Positions 13,670 through 26,760 of a stretch of DNA of 64,000 bases are shown in pieces; positions within the stretch are counted from its first letter, which is position 1, and every line of letters begins with the position of its first letter. Location: positions 19,778,001 through 19,842,000 of the forward strand of contig JAQFVV010000005.1 of NCBI GenBank assembly GCA_028023455.1, read 5' to 3'. The DNA comes from Epiperipatus broadwayi. Taxonomy: Eukaryota > Animalia > Onychophora. Position numbers and translations under genes: made by a program. A model generated the notes under the pieces. The model ran no database searches. It was not told where the DNA came from and saw only the letters and a program-made list of their open reading frames with translations.

Positions 13670-15155
13670 GTATATTAAATTGATTTTTTAATTCTAAACT
13701 ATCTAGATGATAATTTTATTGACTGAAAATTTAAATAAAGTCAACAAGAGGGTATTGCTCCTTTTTACTCACTACATTTGTCTGACTGACTTTTATTAAA
13801 ATTTTGAAATTTAAAAATGTAAATTTACACATTTTGATTACTTGTTTATTTTTATTTTTGTAAAATTAAATATAATAAGCACATGATGCTTGCATTCAGA
13901 TTTTTTTTTTTTTTTTACTTGTTTGTTTTTCAGCATAAAATTAATCAACTAAAAATATACTAATGGCAAAAAAGAAAGTGCATAGTGGTTAACAAGAAAT
14001 ACTTACTATAGATATTTACTATTTATTTTTTATTGTAATTATAAGTTGAAAATAATATTGTAATTTTATTTTTGTTACTTGAATGTATTTTTTATTGAAA
14101 GATGTTTTATTTATTCAAATTTAATGAATAATTTTTTGACCAATTGAAAAATATGATTTTAGCTTGAAGTCTAAATTTAAGTCTTGTGCTAATTGTTTAT
14201 TTCTGTTTATTACTGTTTTTGCAATTTGCAAAGTTGATATTTTTATGATTATTTTCATTTATTGAAATTATTGTTTTAATGAAAATTGTAAAAAATATTA
14301 ATATTTAATTAACATCTTATAAAAAACTTATATGACCTCCTCAAATATAATGACATATTGATGTCACTTCTGTATTGTAGGTGTCAAATTTAATCACTTG
14401 AGTTTATTATAGTGCAAACTTTTGTGAATGGTTTCTGAAACTGTTAGGATATTTTGTCAGAAAGTCAAACAGCCAGAAGTTAGTTGTAAGGATTTGGTTT
14501 CACTATCATCTAGTAGTCATTGAATTATTAAATGCTTTGACTTTGGAGTCAAGGATAGGAAATACTTCAAAACCTTTTGATATTTTTTGGTAGTATTGTC
14601 ATATTTGATGTAGAAAGACTGGGTTCAAATCAGAACATGGATTTTTTTTTATTTTGTTAAAAATGGATTTAGGACATTTTTTCATATAGAAGGCTTATAG
14701 CCATTCTTGGAAGCCATCTCTTATTTAATAAATGGGCATGTAGATATTCTTTACTAGAGGGGATAAAACAGCAAAAGTAAATCACATGACCAAATAGCAA
14801 TTAAATTGCTGAATGAATATTTTTTAATTTTTTTTTGCGAGGCATTCTAGAGATGCTTTTACTTAATATATTTGACAAAGTACTTGTATACAAATTGAGA
14901 AGGATTATACTACAAATGAATATTTCTGCCAGCCAATTATATTTTTTTACAAATAGAAATTATCTATTTACTATATTGACTTATGCCTCTCCCTTTCTCA
15001 AAAAAGTGATAGAGAGATATTATAATTTTTGTAAAATAATTAAAATATTATTTAATCTATAATGAATAAGAATTAAAATTATAAATTTTCAGTAAACCTA
15101 ACGTAATGGTTAATTGATTATATGTTAGATTACTGAGTCAAATATCTGATTTATT

Positions 15156-15350
15156 TCAGTTGGAGGACGAAAATTTGCAAACTTGATTTTTTGGACTTGT
15201 CAAGCATTTTTCATATTTTAAAATACAATTTAATAATTTTAGCACTGATTTCATTGAAGAAATAAGACTAGACAAAGATTGTTGAGCTGTGTTAAGGTCA
15301 TGTGATGTTTCTTGATAAAGAAGAAATCTCTCCTCTATAAATAAATTCAC
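15156..15350 (-). mobile_element. Possible hAT transposase fragment
   Basis: FLL.Q....DL..A...L..L pattern resembles the hAT LQ....DL..A helix; no flanking termini seen. Confidence 0.3.
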
Positions 15351-15639
15351 ATTTGCAAATATGTTTATGTAAAATACATCTTTTTTTTAAAAAATACGTA
15401 CTATAATAAAACAATATACTTTCATGAATGAATGCAATCTGGTTTCAAATATAAGGTACATTGTTTTTCTCTTGACAAATTTTTATCTGTATAATTATTT
15501 TAGAAGTATTTTTCAAGTAACTGTTATACTTGCAACCAATTATGTAAAATTTCCAATAACTTTTCATGCATTATATGGGTTAAATTCTGTCTGCCCAAAG
15601 GCAGGTTATATTGTATTAAGTTATTCTGATTAAATGGAA

Positions 15640-17670
15640 ACACTGATGATCATCTGTTGGTAGCATATTATTAATATTATTTAGCATATGGATTTTTTTG
15701 ACAGCTAACTATTAATAAGATATCAAGAAGGAACCTGTACAAATTCCAATTGGAGAAAGAATCACTAATGGCTTTATTAAATTTTTTGATTCTACCTCTG
15801 AATCCATAGATTCTGCAGTCATTAACTTTGTGGTTCCCAGATTATGTTAGCATATATTTTTATAGATCAGTGACTGATAAATTGATTGTTTTGAATCTGT
15901 TGATGAAATTCTAGCTGGATCTAGGAAGGTCAAATCCACATGACTATTGTTGGATCTGGAAAAAGAAATTTGTTTGAAACATCATAAGAATTTCATTTTT
16001 TATGCCATAATTCTTTGATGATAGATTCTTGGTTTAACAGTCAAACTAAAGGTGAATCTTGATTTGAGACAAATCTTAAATGGTCAAACTATATCTTGAG
16101 TAATTGGCATTTTGATCTGTTTAAATTTTTTTATACATTTTCTGTGAAACAACTTATATGACTAATGAATATGTGAAAGAACAAAAAGTCATTGTGAAGG
16201 AATAGATTTGAGTGTACCATTAATATTTCCCATGGTAATATTTGAGTATCCGGAGATTTAGTGTGGAAACTTCTCCAAACAGGGGCATAATATTTATTCA
16301 TCAGTAGAATACTAGTTCTAAAAAAGCTATTTTTAAAATATTTACTTCTCAACCCTAAATAGTTTCAGCTTCCAAGAAGATTATTCCTAGAAATTAATTT
16401 AAGATAAACTCAGTTAAGTGAACAAAAGAAATTAGTCTACAATCCAAGATTATTCTTAAATAGCTAGTATTTAATTGTGTTTCAGTCTATTTTTGCAAAA
16501 GTTTGTTTTCCAATTATGAGATTATTCCTTGTTATTTAGATGAAAATTTTAGCATACTGTTTTCATTGGATTAGGAATAAGACTAGTTTTTGAAAAAGAT
16601 TTCTAATCTTCTCATATTCTTATATGACTTGTCTATTTCAGGAAAGAACCTCTTTTGAGAAATCAAAGCAATATCATTATTATAAATAAATTTCCTGCAA
16701 TCTGTTTTGGGAAGATCACTGATGAATATACAGTATTACATAAAGTAGATGAAAGAACTGAAACCTGAGGAAGGTCATTCTGTAAAATTTCTGTCTATTA
16801 TGATTATCATCTAGCATCACTTGAATTTTTCTATTGGAAAGCATTTTGTCAAGTAAATTAATGGGTTTAATGAATTTAAGAATTTTGAAAAACTTTTAGA
16901 CCATATTTCCAAACTTATCATAAGATGAGGGTAAATCAATAAAGGTTTCAGCACTTTAAAGTTATTTTAAAAAACTTTTTCAATATGAATTGTTAAAAGA
17001 TAAAACTAATTATGGCAATTTCTTCTTTGCCTAAACCTTGTCTGCTCTATAAATAATTGGCTTTCAACTATTATTAAAGTTTTTGTTAATATAATTCTTT
17101 CTAAAATTTGTAGAGAACAAACACATAATAATAATATTGGGTGATAATTTTTAATTTATTGCAAAGTCATTTGGTTTTAAGCTTGCTTTAGTTTTGTTTT
17201 TATGCCAAATTTTTGGAATAGTTTCTCTACGAATAATATTACTGAATAATTTTGTCAGCCATGCTTTGGCTTTAGAAGTCCTAACTTTTTTTTATAAATG
17301 CTAAAAATATCCTATTTGCTTCTAAGTATCTTTTCTGGTACAAAACAGTCCATTGCAAATTTAATTTCATTAACATTACAGATTTTATCAGATCGATATT
17401 AGTGAAACATTGTGAGAAAGAAACTTGCAATTCTGCTCAAAGGATGGGTTTAGCAGTATAATATGTAAACTTGGAAATCTCTTTAGTAGTAATAATAGTA
17501 TTTCTTTTATAGTATTTTTACAGACACCGAGCTGTTGTAACAATAACCATGCCTTATAATTAGATCTTGTAAAGTCTATGGTCTCTCTCCATTTTTCTCT
17601 TCTGGCATATAATTATTTGTCACTTTCTTGACAAACTTTAACATCTCTTTGGTTGGGGGGAGGGAGCATA
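15640..17670 (-). mobile_element. Decayed Vingi/Ingi-like non-LTR retrotransposon (RT and C-terminal region)
   Basis: Minus-strand remnants AWL.KLF..I....IPKIW....KA.LKP, ILERIIL, EQ..FR, FIDL..SYD, LPQ.SVL, YLG, RTS......YYAPVWRSFHT, NGTLKS, PDPT...FDLPR. Confidence 0.7.
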
Positions 17671-17699
17671 GTCAATAAAGATAATGTTCAATGAATTTT

Positions 17700-18275
17700 A
17701 TCAGAAGATTGATAACCACAAATTAGATAAAAGTAACTTGGCTGGAGAACTTTTGATAGAAATAATCTAAAATTAAAAGAAAATTTGCCTATGCATTTGA
17801 AAGGATTTTTTAGTAGATGTATTTTACTAATTCTTATTTATGGATCTGAGATTTGGACACTTATTAAAACGGAAGAATATCAATAAAATATAGAGAAGTG
17901 TATGTTGAGATTAGGGATCACAAGTAAATTAGTTAGGTATGAGATGAATGGATTAAGAATTAAGGGACTGAAATGAAGCTAGTCTGATTATATTGCTAAA
18001 AGTAGTTGGTTGCAGACAGTTGTGGGTTCGCGTCCCGGCAGATGATACGACATATGGGGAAAAAAAAGAAATGATTGCAGATGGACAGTTGAAATTTTAA
18101 ATTGGATTCCAATAGGTTGTAAAAAATCTAGAAAGAGATCACATTTGAGATGAATGGATTAAATAAAGTTTGTTTGATATAAAGAAGAGAAACTATAGAT
18201 TGGACACATTTGATTAAATTTGAAGAGATCTTCATTTCGCAGTGAATCAATAATGATTGAAAATGATGGTGATAT
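17700..18275 (+). mobile_element. Decayed RTE 3' fragment
   Basis: CILL.LIYGSEIWTL, RNDCRWTVEILNWIP motifs; related fragment at 36780-37130 (KWKWAGHISRRNDNR). Confidence 0.75.
18003..18067 (+). mobile_element. Same SINE family, 5'-truncated copy inserted in an RTE relic
   Basis: tagttggttgcagacagttgtgggttcgcgtcccggc...gacatatgggg(A)n shares the 3' half of the two full copies. Confidence 0.8.
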
Positions 18276-18339
18276 TTAGAGCTGCATCATAAATTATAAC
18301 AAATCCTGATTTTTAAAACTAGTTATAAAATAATGAAAG

Positions 18340-18459
18340 CCATTATATTTTTAAAATGCATTGATGTATTAAATCATGTTTTCACTATTGGAATTATCGC
18401 CATTAGATTTTTAAAATGCATTTATGTAGTAAATCATGTTTTCACTATTGGAATTATCT
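18340..18459. repeat. 60-bp tandem duplication
   Basis: ccatta(t/g)atttttaaaatgcatt(g/t)atgta(t/g)taaatcatgttttcactattggaattatc repeated with period 60; explains the repeat in ORF 18333-18614. Confidence 0.95.
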
Positions 18460-18999
18460 CCACACCTTCCAGATCTTTCTTTCTTTGTTTTTTTTTTTTT
18501 TTTTTTTTTTTGGGGGGGGGGGGGGTTAACCAAAACACAGATTTTAATGTATTTAAGGGGGGAAAAAAATGCAGAAAGTTTTTCCAGTTTTCTGCTCTTC
18601 AGCAATTTAATTAAAATCAAGTCATAAATTATTTCATGACTGCAATTATATTAATTAATATGTATTATTATTTTAATATATTGTTAAGTATAATAGTAAA
18701 TTATTAAATATGAAATAAATTTTTAAGATAAACCCCTGCTCTAAAAAAATTCCAATTTTAGTATGTAGAATTACAGTAATATATATTATATTGTTGAATT
18801 ACATATTTGATATAATAATTTGTGCATTTTAATATTTCATCTTGCTAAATATGAAACAAGCCTAATATATTTTAGATTTTGAGTGCTTTTAATATTTACT
18901 TTTTTCTTCAAATGAAATATCTGCTCAAAATATTGATTCAGATAGTAAAAATAATTCAATATACTTCTTCATATTGAGCAAAAAAAAAAAAGATCAAAT

Positions 19000-19600
19000 G
19001 GTTTATTGCTTGGGAGTTCATAAGAAATTCAAGGACTGGAAGTGATAGAGTTGGGTCTTAATCAAGGAATTTTGAACTCCAGAATCTCCACTCTACTTCT
19101 GCATCAAACGAAGCAAGGCTCAATGTTAATAAGCAATTTTAAACAATCATCTCCAGAACTCTTCATGAAGTGTTGACATGTACTAAAAAGTCATATACCT
19201 GATAGAAAGAGTTTTTATGATTTTTTTTACTTTATCTTTCCACTGAGATTACAAATTTATGACTAGTATTGAATGATGAAATTGGCCATGGAATGTGTAC
19301 TTGATTTGAAAACAAAAAAAAAGTGCTTACTATTTTGAGATTTATTTCTAACTGAAACGTTCTGGCTTCTCTCTAGATTTGAAACTAAGATCATAACCTT
19401 ATGAGACTAACACACTAACTATTATTCCACCAGGTTTTATATTTGGATTTAAAAACATTTGCCCATGATGTCAAATGATGCTCAAACACTTAAATAATGG
19501 AGTCTGCTATTTCCATTTTAGTTGGCCAATTGTGATTGAATCTGACATTTTTGCTCACCAAAAAGGTAGTCTGATTATTAATTTTAATTTCATAAAGCAT
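19000..19600 (+). mobile_element. Possible decayed Tc1/mariner fragment
   Basis: Remnants resembling TS..D..R.GRP (~19260-19290) and the YSPDL region (~19430-19450); very degenerate. Confidence 0.3.
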
Positions 19601-21599
19601 ACTATTGAATTTAAAAATTGAAATTAAACTTGTGTAATTTGGTATATAGTGCTAATAAAAATTGTGTTTGCAATGAGATTTCGTGGATAGTTGATGTAAA
19701 ACTAAGATTGTTGTATATGTGATATACTATTAGTTATTTTATTATATGTTTACGGTATTGTTTAGCCTCTGTACTTCAGTGTTGTTATCTATTGAATGGC
19801 TGCTTATTTTGTTAATTATCAGTTGAATCGACATAGCAAAATAAACATAAATTGAAAAATAATTTCAAGATAGTTTCTCTCACATGATCTATTTTTTCAA
19901 CACTACATAATAGCAATATTTCTTATAGGCTTCTTGTTAATGAGATGTGAGGAATGATGACTTTTTTATCAAGGTAGATTTTTCTGAGCATGGAAATCCA
20001 AAACCTTTAACTATTGTACTTCTTCCTCTGTTATTTTCTATTTTCTTAAATTTAATATCTTTTCTATTACATTTCTATGTTATTACTTTTGTCAGGCTAC
20101 AAAAACTACTTTTTTATGTATTCATATAAATAGTTTTTTCTTTTTTTCATAAATTCATTATTTTCATGCTTTTTCTTTATAAATGTCTATCCTAGAAAAT
20201 AAATTACCAATGTTTTAATGCTTTCTGTGCATTGTTTAGAAAATAAACTTTCATGCCATTGATATATATAATTTTTTTATTGCTCGTCCCTTTCTATTAT
20301 CGTTAAATATTTTTCTTTATAACTTGCTTATTCCTATATGTATTCAAACTTTATTTTTCACAACTTTTTTATATTTTATTCATTGTCTTTTATCAGTAAT
20401 TATTAGTACCATAACAGTAACCATTCTTATTCATCTCACTTTTTATGCAAATAGATTGACAAAAAATGTTTTCTTTACTTTAGCATATCCTACTATTTTA
20501 TTTACACATTTTTTTTTTCTTTACAACTTTATTTAAAATTATATATATATATATATATATTCATATGATCAATTGCTTGGCAGTTATGGAATGCCCAAGC
20601 ATTTCAATGACAAATTGAGCATTTAACAGGATTGTTTTTTTTTTTGTTCATTATTCAACTGAGAATTGATCTTGGAACTTTTAGCTATGTTAGCTATTTT
20701 ATTATTATATATTTTTTACAATCTAATAAACATTTCAGCTTTTTGCATTTATCATGTAAAAACTCGTAACATCTCATTTTGTCCTGAATTGCTTTTTTTT
20801 GTTATCCACATCTACATCCAATACTTGTTTTCCTTTTGCTTTGGGTTCTCTCTAGAATATCTAATTTTTTATTTTTTACGAATAGTGATAAACTTGCTAC
20901 TGTTATTCTCTTCCATACAACTCTTATTATATATATCAGTTTTATTTTCTAATGGTCAGAATAATCTTGGATGCAAAATTTCCCAAAGACTTTATCATGT
21001 GTTTGAAGTGTTTGTATTTAGTCATTTATAGTTAAAAAAAAAAAAAAATCTGCAAAGCGCATGTGCAACAGCTTAATGCTGTTTAACTATTACAGTTTAT
21101 AAAACATTGCACTATATAAAATAATTGATTTATTCTTAAATATATTAATTTCTTCCACATTTTATTTCTCCTATAAATAATTCTTACCATTCTTTAGCAT
21201 TTACTATCCATTATATTTGACTTTTCTTTACAATTAAGCAATGTGATTTATTTTAATAATCCATTCTTTTTTTTAATCCATCTTAGCACAAGTCTTCAAA
21301 AGTAATTCTATATCCTCATTTTCTGCATACAAAAGTTTATCAATAACAAAGAAAAACCCAAGTAAATCATACAGTCTCTTAATGTCCTTTGAAAATTTTT
21401 TTAATATCCTTATGTAATACTCCTATTGCCAATTACATTTTTAAAAAAAGTATTACAAAAATGCTATTAACGATATATCTCTGCTTCAACCATATATTTT
21501 AATCCTAATTAATTGTCTTCTAATTGATAGGTATAATAGTTTTTTTATTATATAATTTTGTAATTAAATTCACTAATCCTCTATTTTTTTCAAATGTAG

Positions 21600-22826
21600 A
21601 GAGATAGAAATGCTTCAATAGATGAAAAGATATGTTCTGATATTTGATAGAATTAGAAATGTCACTTGGGAGAAAAAGACATGGTTAGCAAGTGAAATTG
21701 CGGATAAGAATGGAAAGAGATTATTAACTGATAGCAATGATATATTAAAAAGATGGAAAGAATATCTTTAGTGTCTATTTAAAAAAGAAAATAATTATGA
21801 ACTTGAAAATGAAGATATTGAAATAGATGATAAACATATGGACATATTGCCAGATGAATTAATAAAGTCAATTGCCCCAATGAAGAATGATAAGGCTATT
21901 GAATTGATGTCGTCTGTTCTTTTTAATATTTATTTCGAAGGCATGTTAAATAATTAGATAGTGGAGGAGCAAATGTTGGAGGTAGAATAATAAAATGTAT
22001 AAGATTTGCGGATGATGTGTCTTTTATAGCTTAGAATGAAAAGTGTCTTCAGAATATGTTGAATAAATTGGAGGAAGGATGTATAGAATACGGAATGAAG
22101 ATTAATGTTGAGAAGATTTAATTATTTATGGGGAGGGAGGAGTGCAAAAAGTCTGCAAATTGAAATACATTATAACATAGTTCAACAGGTAAAGGGGTTT
22201 AGATATTTGAATAGTTGGTTGAGTGAGAATGGAAGAAATGAAGATGAAGTTAAAATTAGAATGGCATTGGCAAAGTGGGCATTTATTAAGAGAAATAAAA
22301 TATTTAATGGATTTTTGAAGAGAGAATTAAGAAAAAGTTGAATAAAATGCTATGTGTGAAGTGTTTTATTATATGTTTGTGAAATATGGAAATGAGTAAT
22401 AAAATTACAAACAGATTGGAAATCTTTGGGAGGTGAACATGGAGAAGAATGGAAAAATCAGTTGAATGAATAAAATAACAACTGAAAAAGTTTTGAAAAG
22501 AATAAATGACAAAAGAAGACTGATTGAGGAAATTAGAGATAGAAAGAGAAACTGGATTGGACATATATTAAGAAGAAAGTATAATTTAATGCAAGATGTT
22601 TTGGAGGGAATGATGAGTGTAAGCAAGAAGAAAGAACAGAACAGATTAGATAGACATTGTTGAATGATGTAAGAGATTAACATTGTTGATGATATAAGAG
22701 ATGGGAAGAATTACATGGAATTGAAGAGCTGGGCAATAAAGAGAATGGAGTGGAAAAATGGATGAATTGGTGATGTGACAACTCTCTGGACTTGCATATG
22801 GGGCAGAATACTATTGATGATGATAA
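21600..22826 (+). mobile_element. Decayed RTE LINE with internal deletion
   Basis: DKNGK.LLTDSNDILKRWKEY, GANVGGRIIKCIRFADDV, FRYLNS, RKRNWIGHILRR...EG; (GAT)n tail at ~22817-22826. Confidence 0.85.
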
Positions 22827-25254
22827 TTAAACAAAACTAACCACAGTATTTTTTTTTATTTTCATGAATCTTCCATATATTATTTGTATGACTTTATATG
22901 AATTATCACTATATAAGTTGATAAGATAAAAAAGGTTTCTCTAACTCTTCTAAGTCTTCTATACATTATTTGTACGTCTTTGTAAGAACCCTACCACTGA
23001 CTTCATCTTTGCCACCTTTTTTTTCCTATTCTCTTTCTGAAATTATCACAGCCTGCCTATAATTAGTCATCCTTAAATAGCTGCTACTCTTATCTTGAAA
23101 ATTCAAATAAAATACTTCTAGTTTTCTGATTTATCACCATCTTTGCTGTACAGACTATTCGTAATTTTAAATTTAATATTTCCTTTACTATAAAATTTTA
23201 TAATTACTACCTCATTTTCTCTTAATGTGTAATTTTTCTCTTTTATTATACAATTGGTGGAAAATTATGTCTTTTTCTATTGCTAATTTTTTTCCCTTAT
23301 TCATTACAAAGTATAGTTTCTCTGTTATATATTTATATATATATTATTTCCATATTTTTTTTACTTCATTTCTAATTAAAATTTATTAATATTCCTCATT
23401 AATTTAGTATTTGATCTTTTATTTAAATGTTTCTTTCATTTAATCTTAATTTCATTTTCATATATTCTCTGCATGGTTTCTTATTTCCTTTATTATGTAA
23501 TTCTGAATTTTACATTTAATCTTATGAACACTTACCCTAAATCATATTTGCTATTTTTTTTTCTTTCGTTACATGAACTCTTATAACTTTATTTAATAAA
23601 ATTCTTCATATATTTTTCCCAATATCTAGCCATATTTATTTAATTTGTTTTCATATTTATATTCCATGTGTATTTTATTCTCTCTTTATATTTAATATTC
23701 TCACCCATTATATTTTTAGCCATTTCTATTATCAAAAAATTGTGATTATTATTACATGCTTTTTTAAAAAATCAAACTTTAGTTTTCCTTATTTATTCCT
23801 CCAGTTTGCTAATGCATAATCTATTGTTTCCAAGAACAGAACTTTTCACCCTACTCAAGAGCCATCTGCAGTAAATTTAACTAATCGATAGATATGGCAT
23901 ATAATCGAGTTCTTTAAAATATTACAAAGTGACCTGCTATCAGATTTATACCATTATCCAAGCAATTTAGCTTTGATTCAAAATTGTAATTTTTTTAAAA
24001 TTCAGATTATTGGCTGGAATGGAATTTAAAAATGCTTGCTCCTTGTCAAAGGCAAAAACCAGAAAATGATATGGTAAAAATGATAATATGATAGAACATT
24101 ATCTGGTGTCCATTGATTATTCAAGCTTATATTAGATAATTCTAGAGTAATGTTTTCTTTTAAAGAGATATTCTGCATTGAAAATTCATTTAAGGTTTTG
24201 ACTGATAAATGTTATCGAAATTTTGTTTTATATGAAACATTTTTATCATTTCAAGAATTTATAAAATCAATTAAGAACAAGACTAGTAGTAATAATTAGT
24301 AGATTATTCTAAATTGGTCAACTTTTGCAGTTATAACTAGGAATTAATTGAAGAATGGTTCTTTAAAATCATGATCTTGTACATACAAGTTTTATAATGG
24401 ATTGAATTGATGCGGTTCTGGATTATTAGAGCATGACAGAATGTAATTCAAAACAAAGAGGCAGTATCTCTATAAATGCATTGTAGGTATAATGGTATCG
24501 CCTAATCTATTTCAAATTAATAAGAACTGCTATACTTACTAATTCATAAAGAAATTACTCTCACTTTTGTTTTTATGCTTTTGTTTGTATTAATGCAGTG
24601 AAATTTTTTTTGAATTGTATTGATTAAACATCAATCTGTGTTAAAAGAGTAAAGTAAAAGCACATTATTAATATAATTTTTATTATATATAAAAGAATAT
24701 AATTATCTGTTTTTATTGGATTGTCAGCAACAACTTATAGCAATCTTATGATTGGTATTTATCAAGATTGACCTTTTATTCGGTTTGATTTTTTTTTTTT
24801 TTAATTCTTAAGATTTTTTAATGTAATATATAGGAATAATTTATAATTGTTTTCTTTCTTCTCAATACAGATATTATTAATAAACCATTAAGGAATGAAT
24901 AAAACAAATAGAAGTAAGCAATACAAAATAGATATAAGATAATAAAGATAAAAAAGAAGGTATAGATTTTTTTATGAAGATTATTTAATAAGGAAAGGTG
25001 AATCTTAATATAGATTTCAATATAAAAGATATCTGTATTCACCAATTGTGTTCTTATGTTAATATATGTATATATAATGCTGTAGTAGTAATATGCATTA
25101 ACAAACAAATTTTGCTCTTTCTATGCATAATTAGGGTAATATGTGGTCGTTACATTTACCTTGCTTTTAAATGGAATTTATATATATGGGACCAAACACA
25201 AACCATAAACACATAATTAGTGATTATCAAATCTATGACTGCAGTGACAGAGTT

Positions 25255-26760
25255 GAAGGATTTAATCAACAACTTCAGTTGCAGTAGTGTGATTGCCCCT
25301 CATGGCAACTGATTCATTGAAATTAAAATTTATTTTGTTTTCTTTTTAAAATTGTGGAAAAACTATAATGGTGACGTTTACAAAAAAAACAGCATTCTCT
25401 GCCACTCGAGTTTCTTTTTAAAATGGTGTATGGCATGTTAAAATCGGACAAAATTTGGATTTTTTATTAATAAGTTCATTTAATTTTTATTTACCTCTCA
25501 GTTTACTAGATTGCATGAAGAAGACAAAGGCATAATTTTATTATTGCCAAACTTTATTACTAAAATGGATTATAGATGCCTCGATTTTAATTTCAAAGTC
25601 TTCATCCTAATAAAAACGTAATCTCGGAATATTGGTCGTAAGTATTCAATTTTAATTTTTTATTATTTGAATAGTATTATTTTGAATTTTTTATTATTAT
25701 TTGACAAATGTATAATTTATTAGTGTGTCTGTGTAATATATAAATTATACTTCTATTTAAATATAACGAAAGTGGTTATATACAATATAATTTTGGGGCT
25801 CTGATCCAAGTTTGAGGCAACATTATTTTATAGATATAATTATTCTCAAAAGGTTTAATAATTTATTAGTGTGTTTATATTTGTATTAGTGTGTTTGTGT
25901 TTGCATTTGCATGTCTGTGTTTGTATAACAAGTAATGATTTTTATATATAAAATTAAGGTATTGTAGAGTAGTGCAATATAAATTTTTAAGACTGATTAT
26001 GTACAGAAAGATTGTTGTTGATAGCCACAATGGTTATGTATATCACATAGAATTGTATGCTGACAAAGAATCAAATCCTGATTCTTGCGTATACTTTGGC
26101 TCTCATGCTGTGGAGTCGGTAGTTTTGCCATATCTTGCATTACATTATTTTCAAGTTTATAGCTAGAAAATGAGCTATATATATATACAAATAAATTAAA
26201 AATAAATCCTAGATATGATATAGAATAAAATATCTTTATCTAACAACAAAATAATATATGACAATAGCTGTAATTTAATCATAACATATAAAAGCTCTTT
26301 TCGGCAATTTTTAAATTTTTGCCCTTTTCAATATGTCTATTAAGATATTAAAGCATAAATTATAGGCTTGTATTAATTTTGTATACAGCCAGTAGATGTC
26401 ACTATGTATGCAATATGGGTTTTTTTTTTCATATGTCATAGCATTGTCCGGGAGGCGAACCCACAACCATCTGCAACCAACTATTTGCTTGCAAGGCTGC
26501 TGCGATGACCTCTCGGCTAACAACGCTTGACTATGGGTTATTTTTGTAATTGTGAGACAATAAATATAACAAGATAGCATCATTAGTGTGCATAAAAAAT
26601 ATAAACATCACTGGTGTACACAAAAAATATAAAATGAAGAGATGAAACTCATTTTATCATTGATACAGACAGTAGTCTTCAATTTCTAGTTTTGGATAGT
26701 CAAGAAGCTAATTACTATGATGACAAATGCATATCCATCTTCTGGAAAAGATTTATTTAT
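25255..26760 (+). mobile_element. Second, older copy of the same piggyBac-like family
   Basis: Colinear reverse-complement similarity to 48290-49200 and 51390-51870; ORF fragment VVDSHNGYVYHIELYADKESNPDS; carries a SINE insertion. Confidence 0.75.
26422..26531 (-). mobile_element. Same SINE family, full-length copy
   Basis: Minus strand GTCAAGCGTTGTTAGCCGAGAGG...GGTTCGCCTCCCGGACAATGCTATGACATATG(A)n; TSD tatgggtt at 26414-26421 and 26532-26539. Confidence 0.85.

Noticed and set aside
16772-16800. CCTGAGGAAG resembling a PLE hammerhead start
   Set aside because: It is the reverse complement of the LPQ.SVL RT motif of the Vingi-like element.
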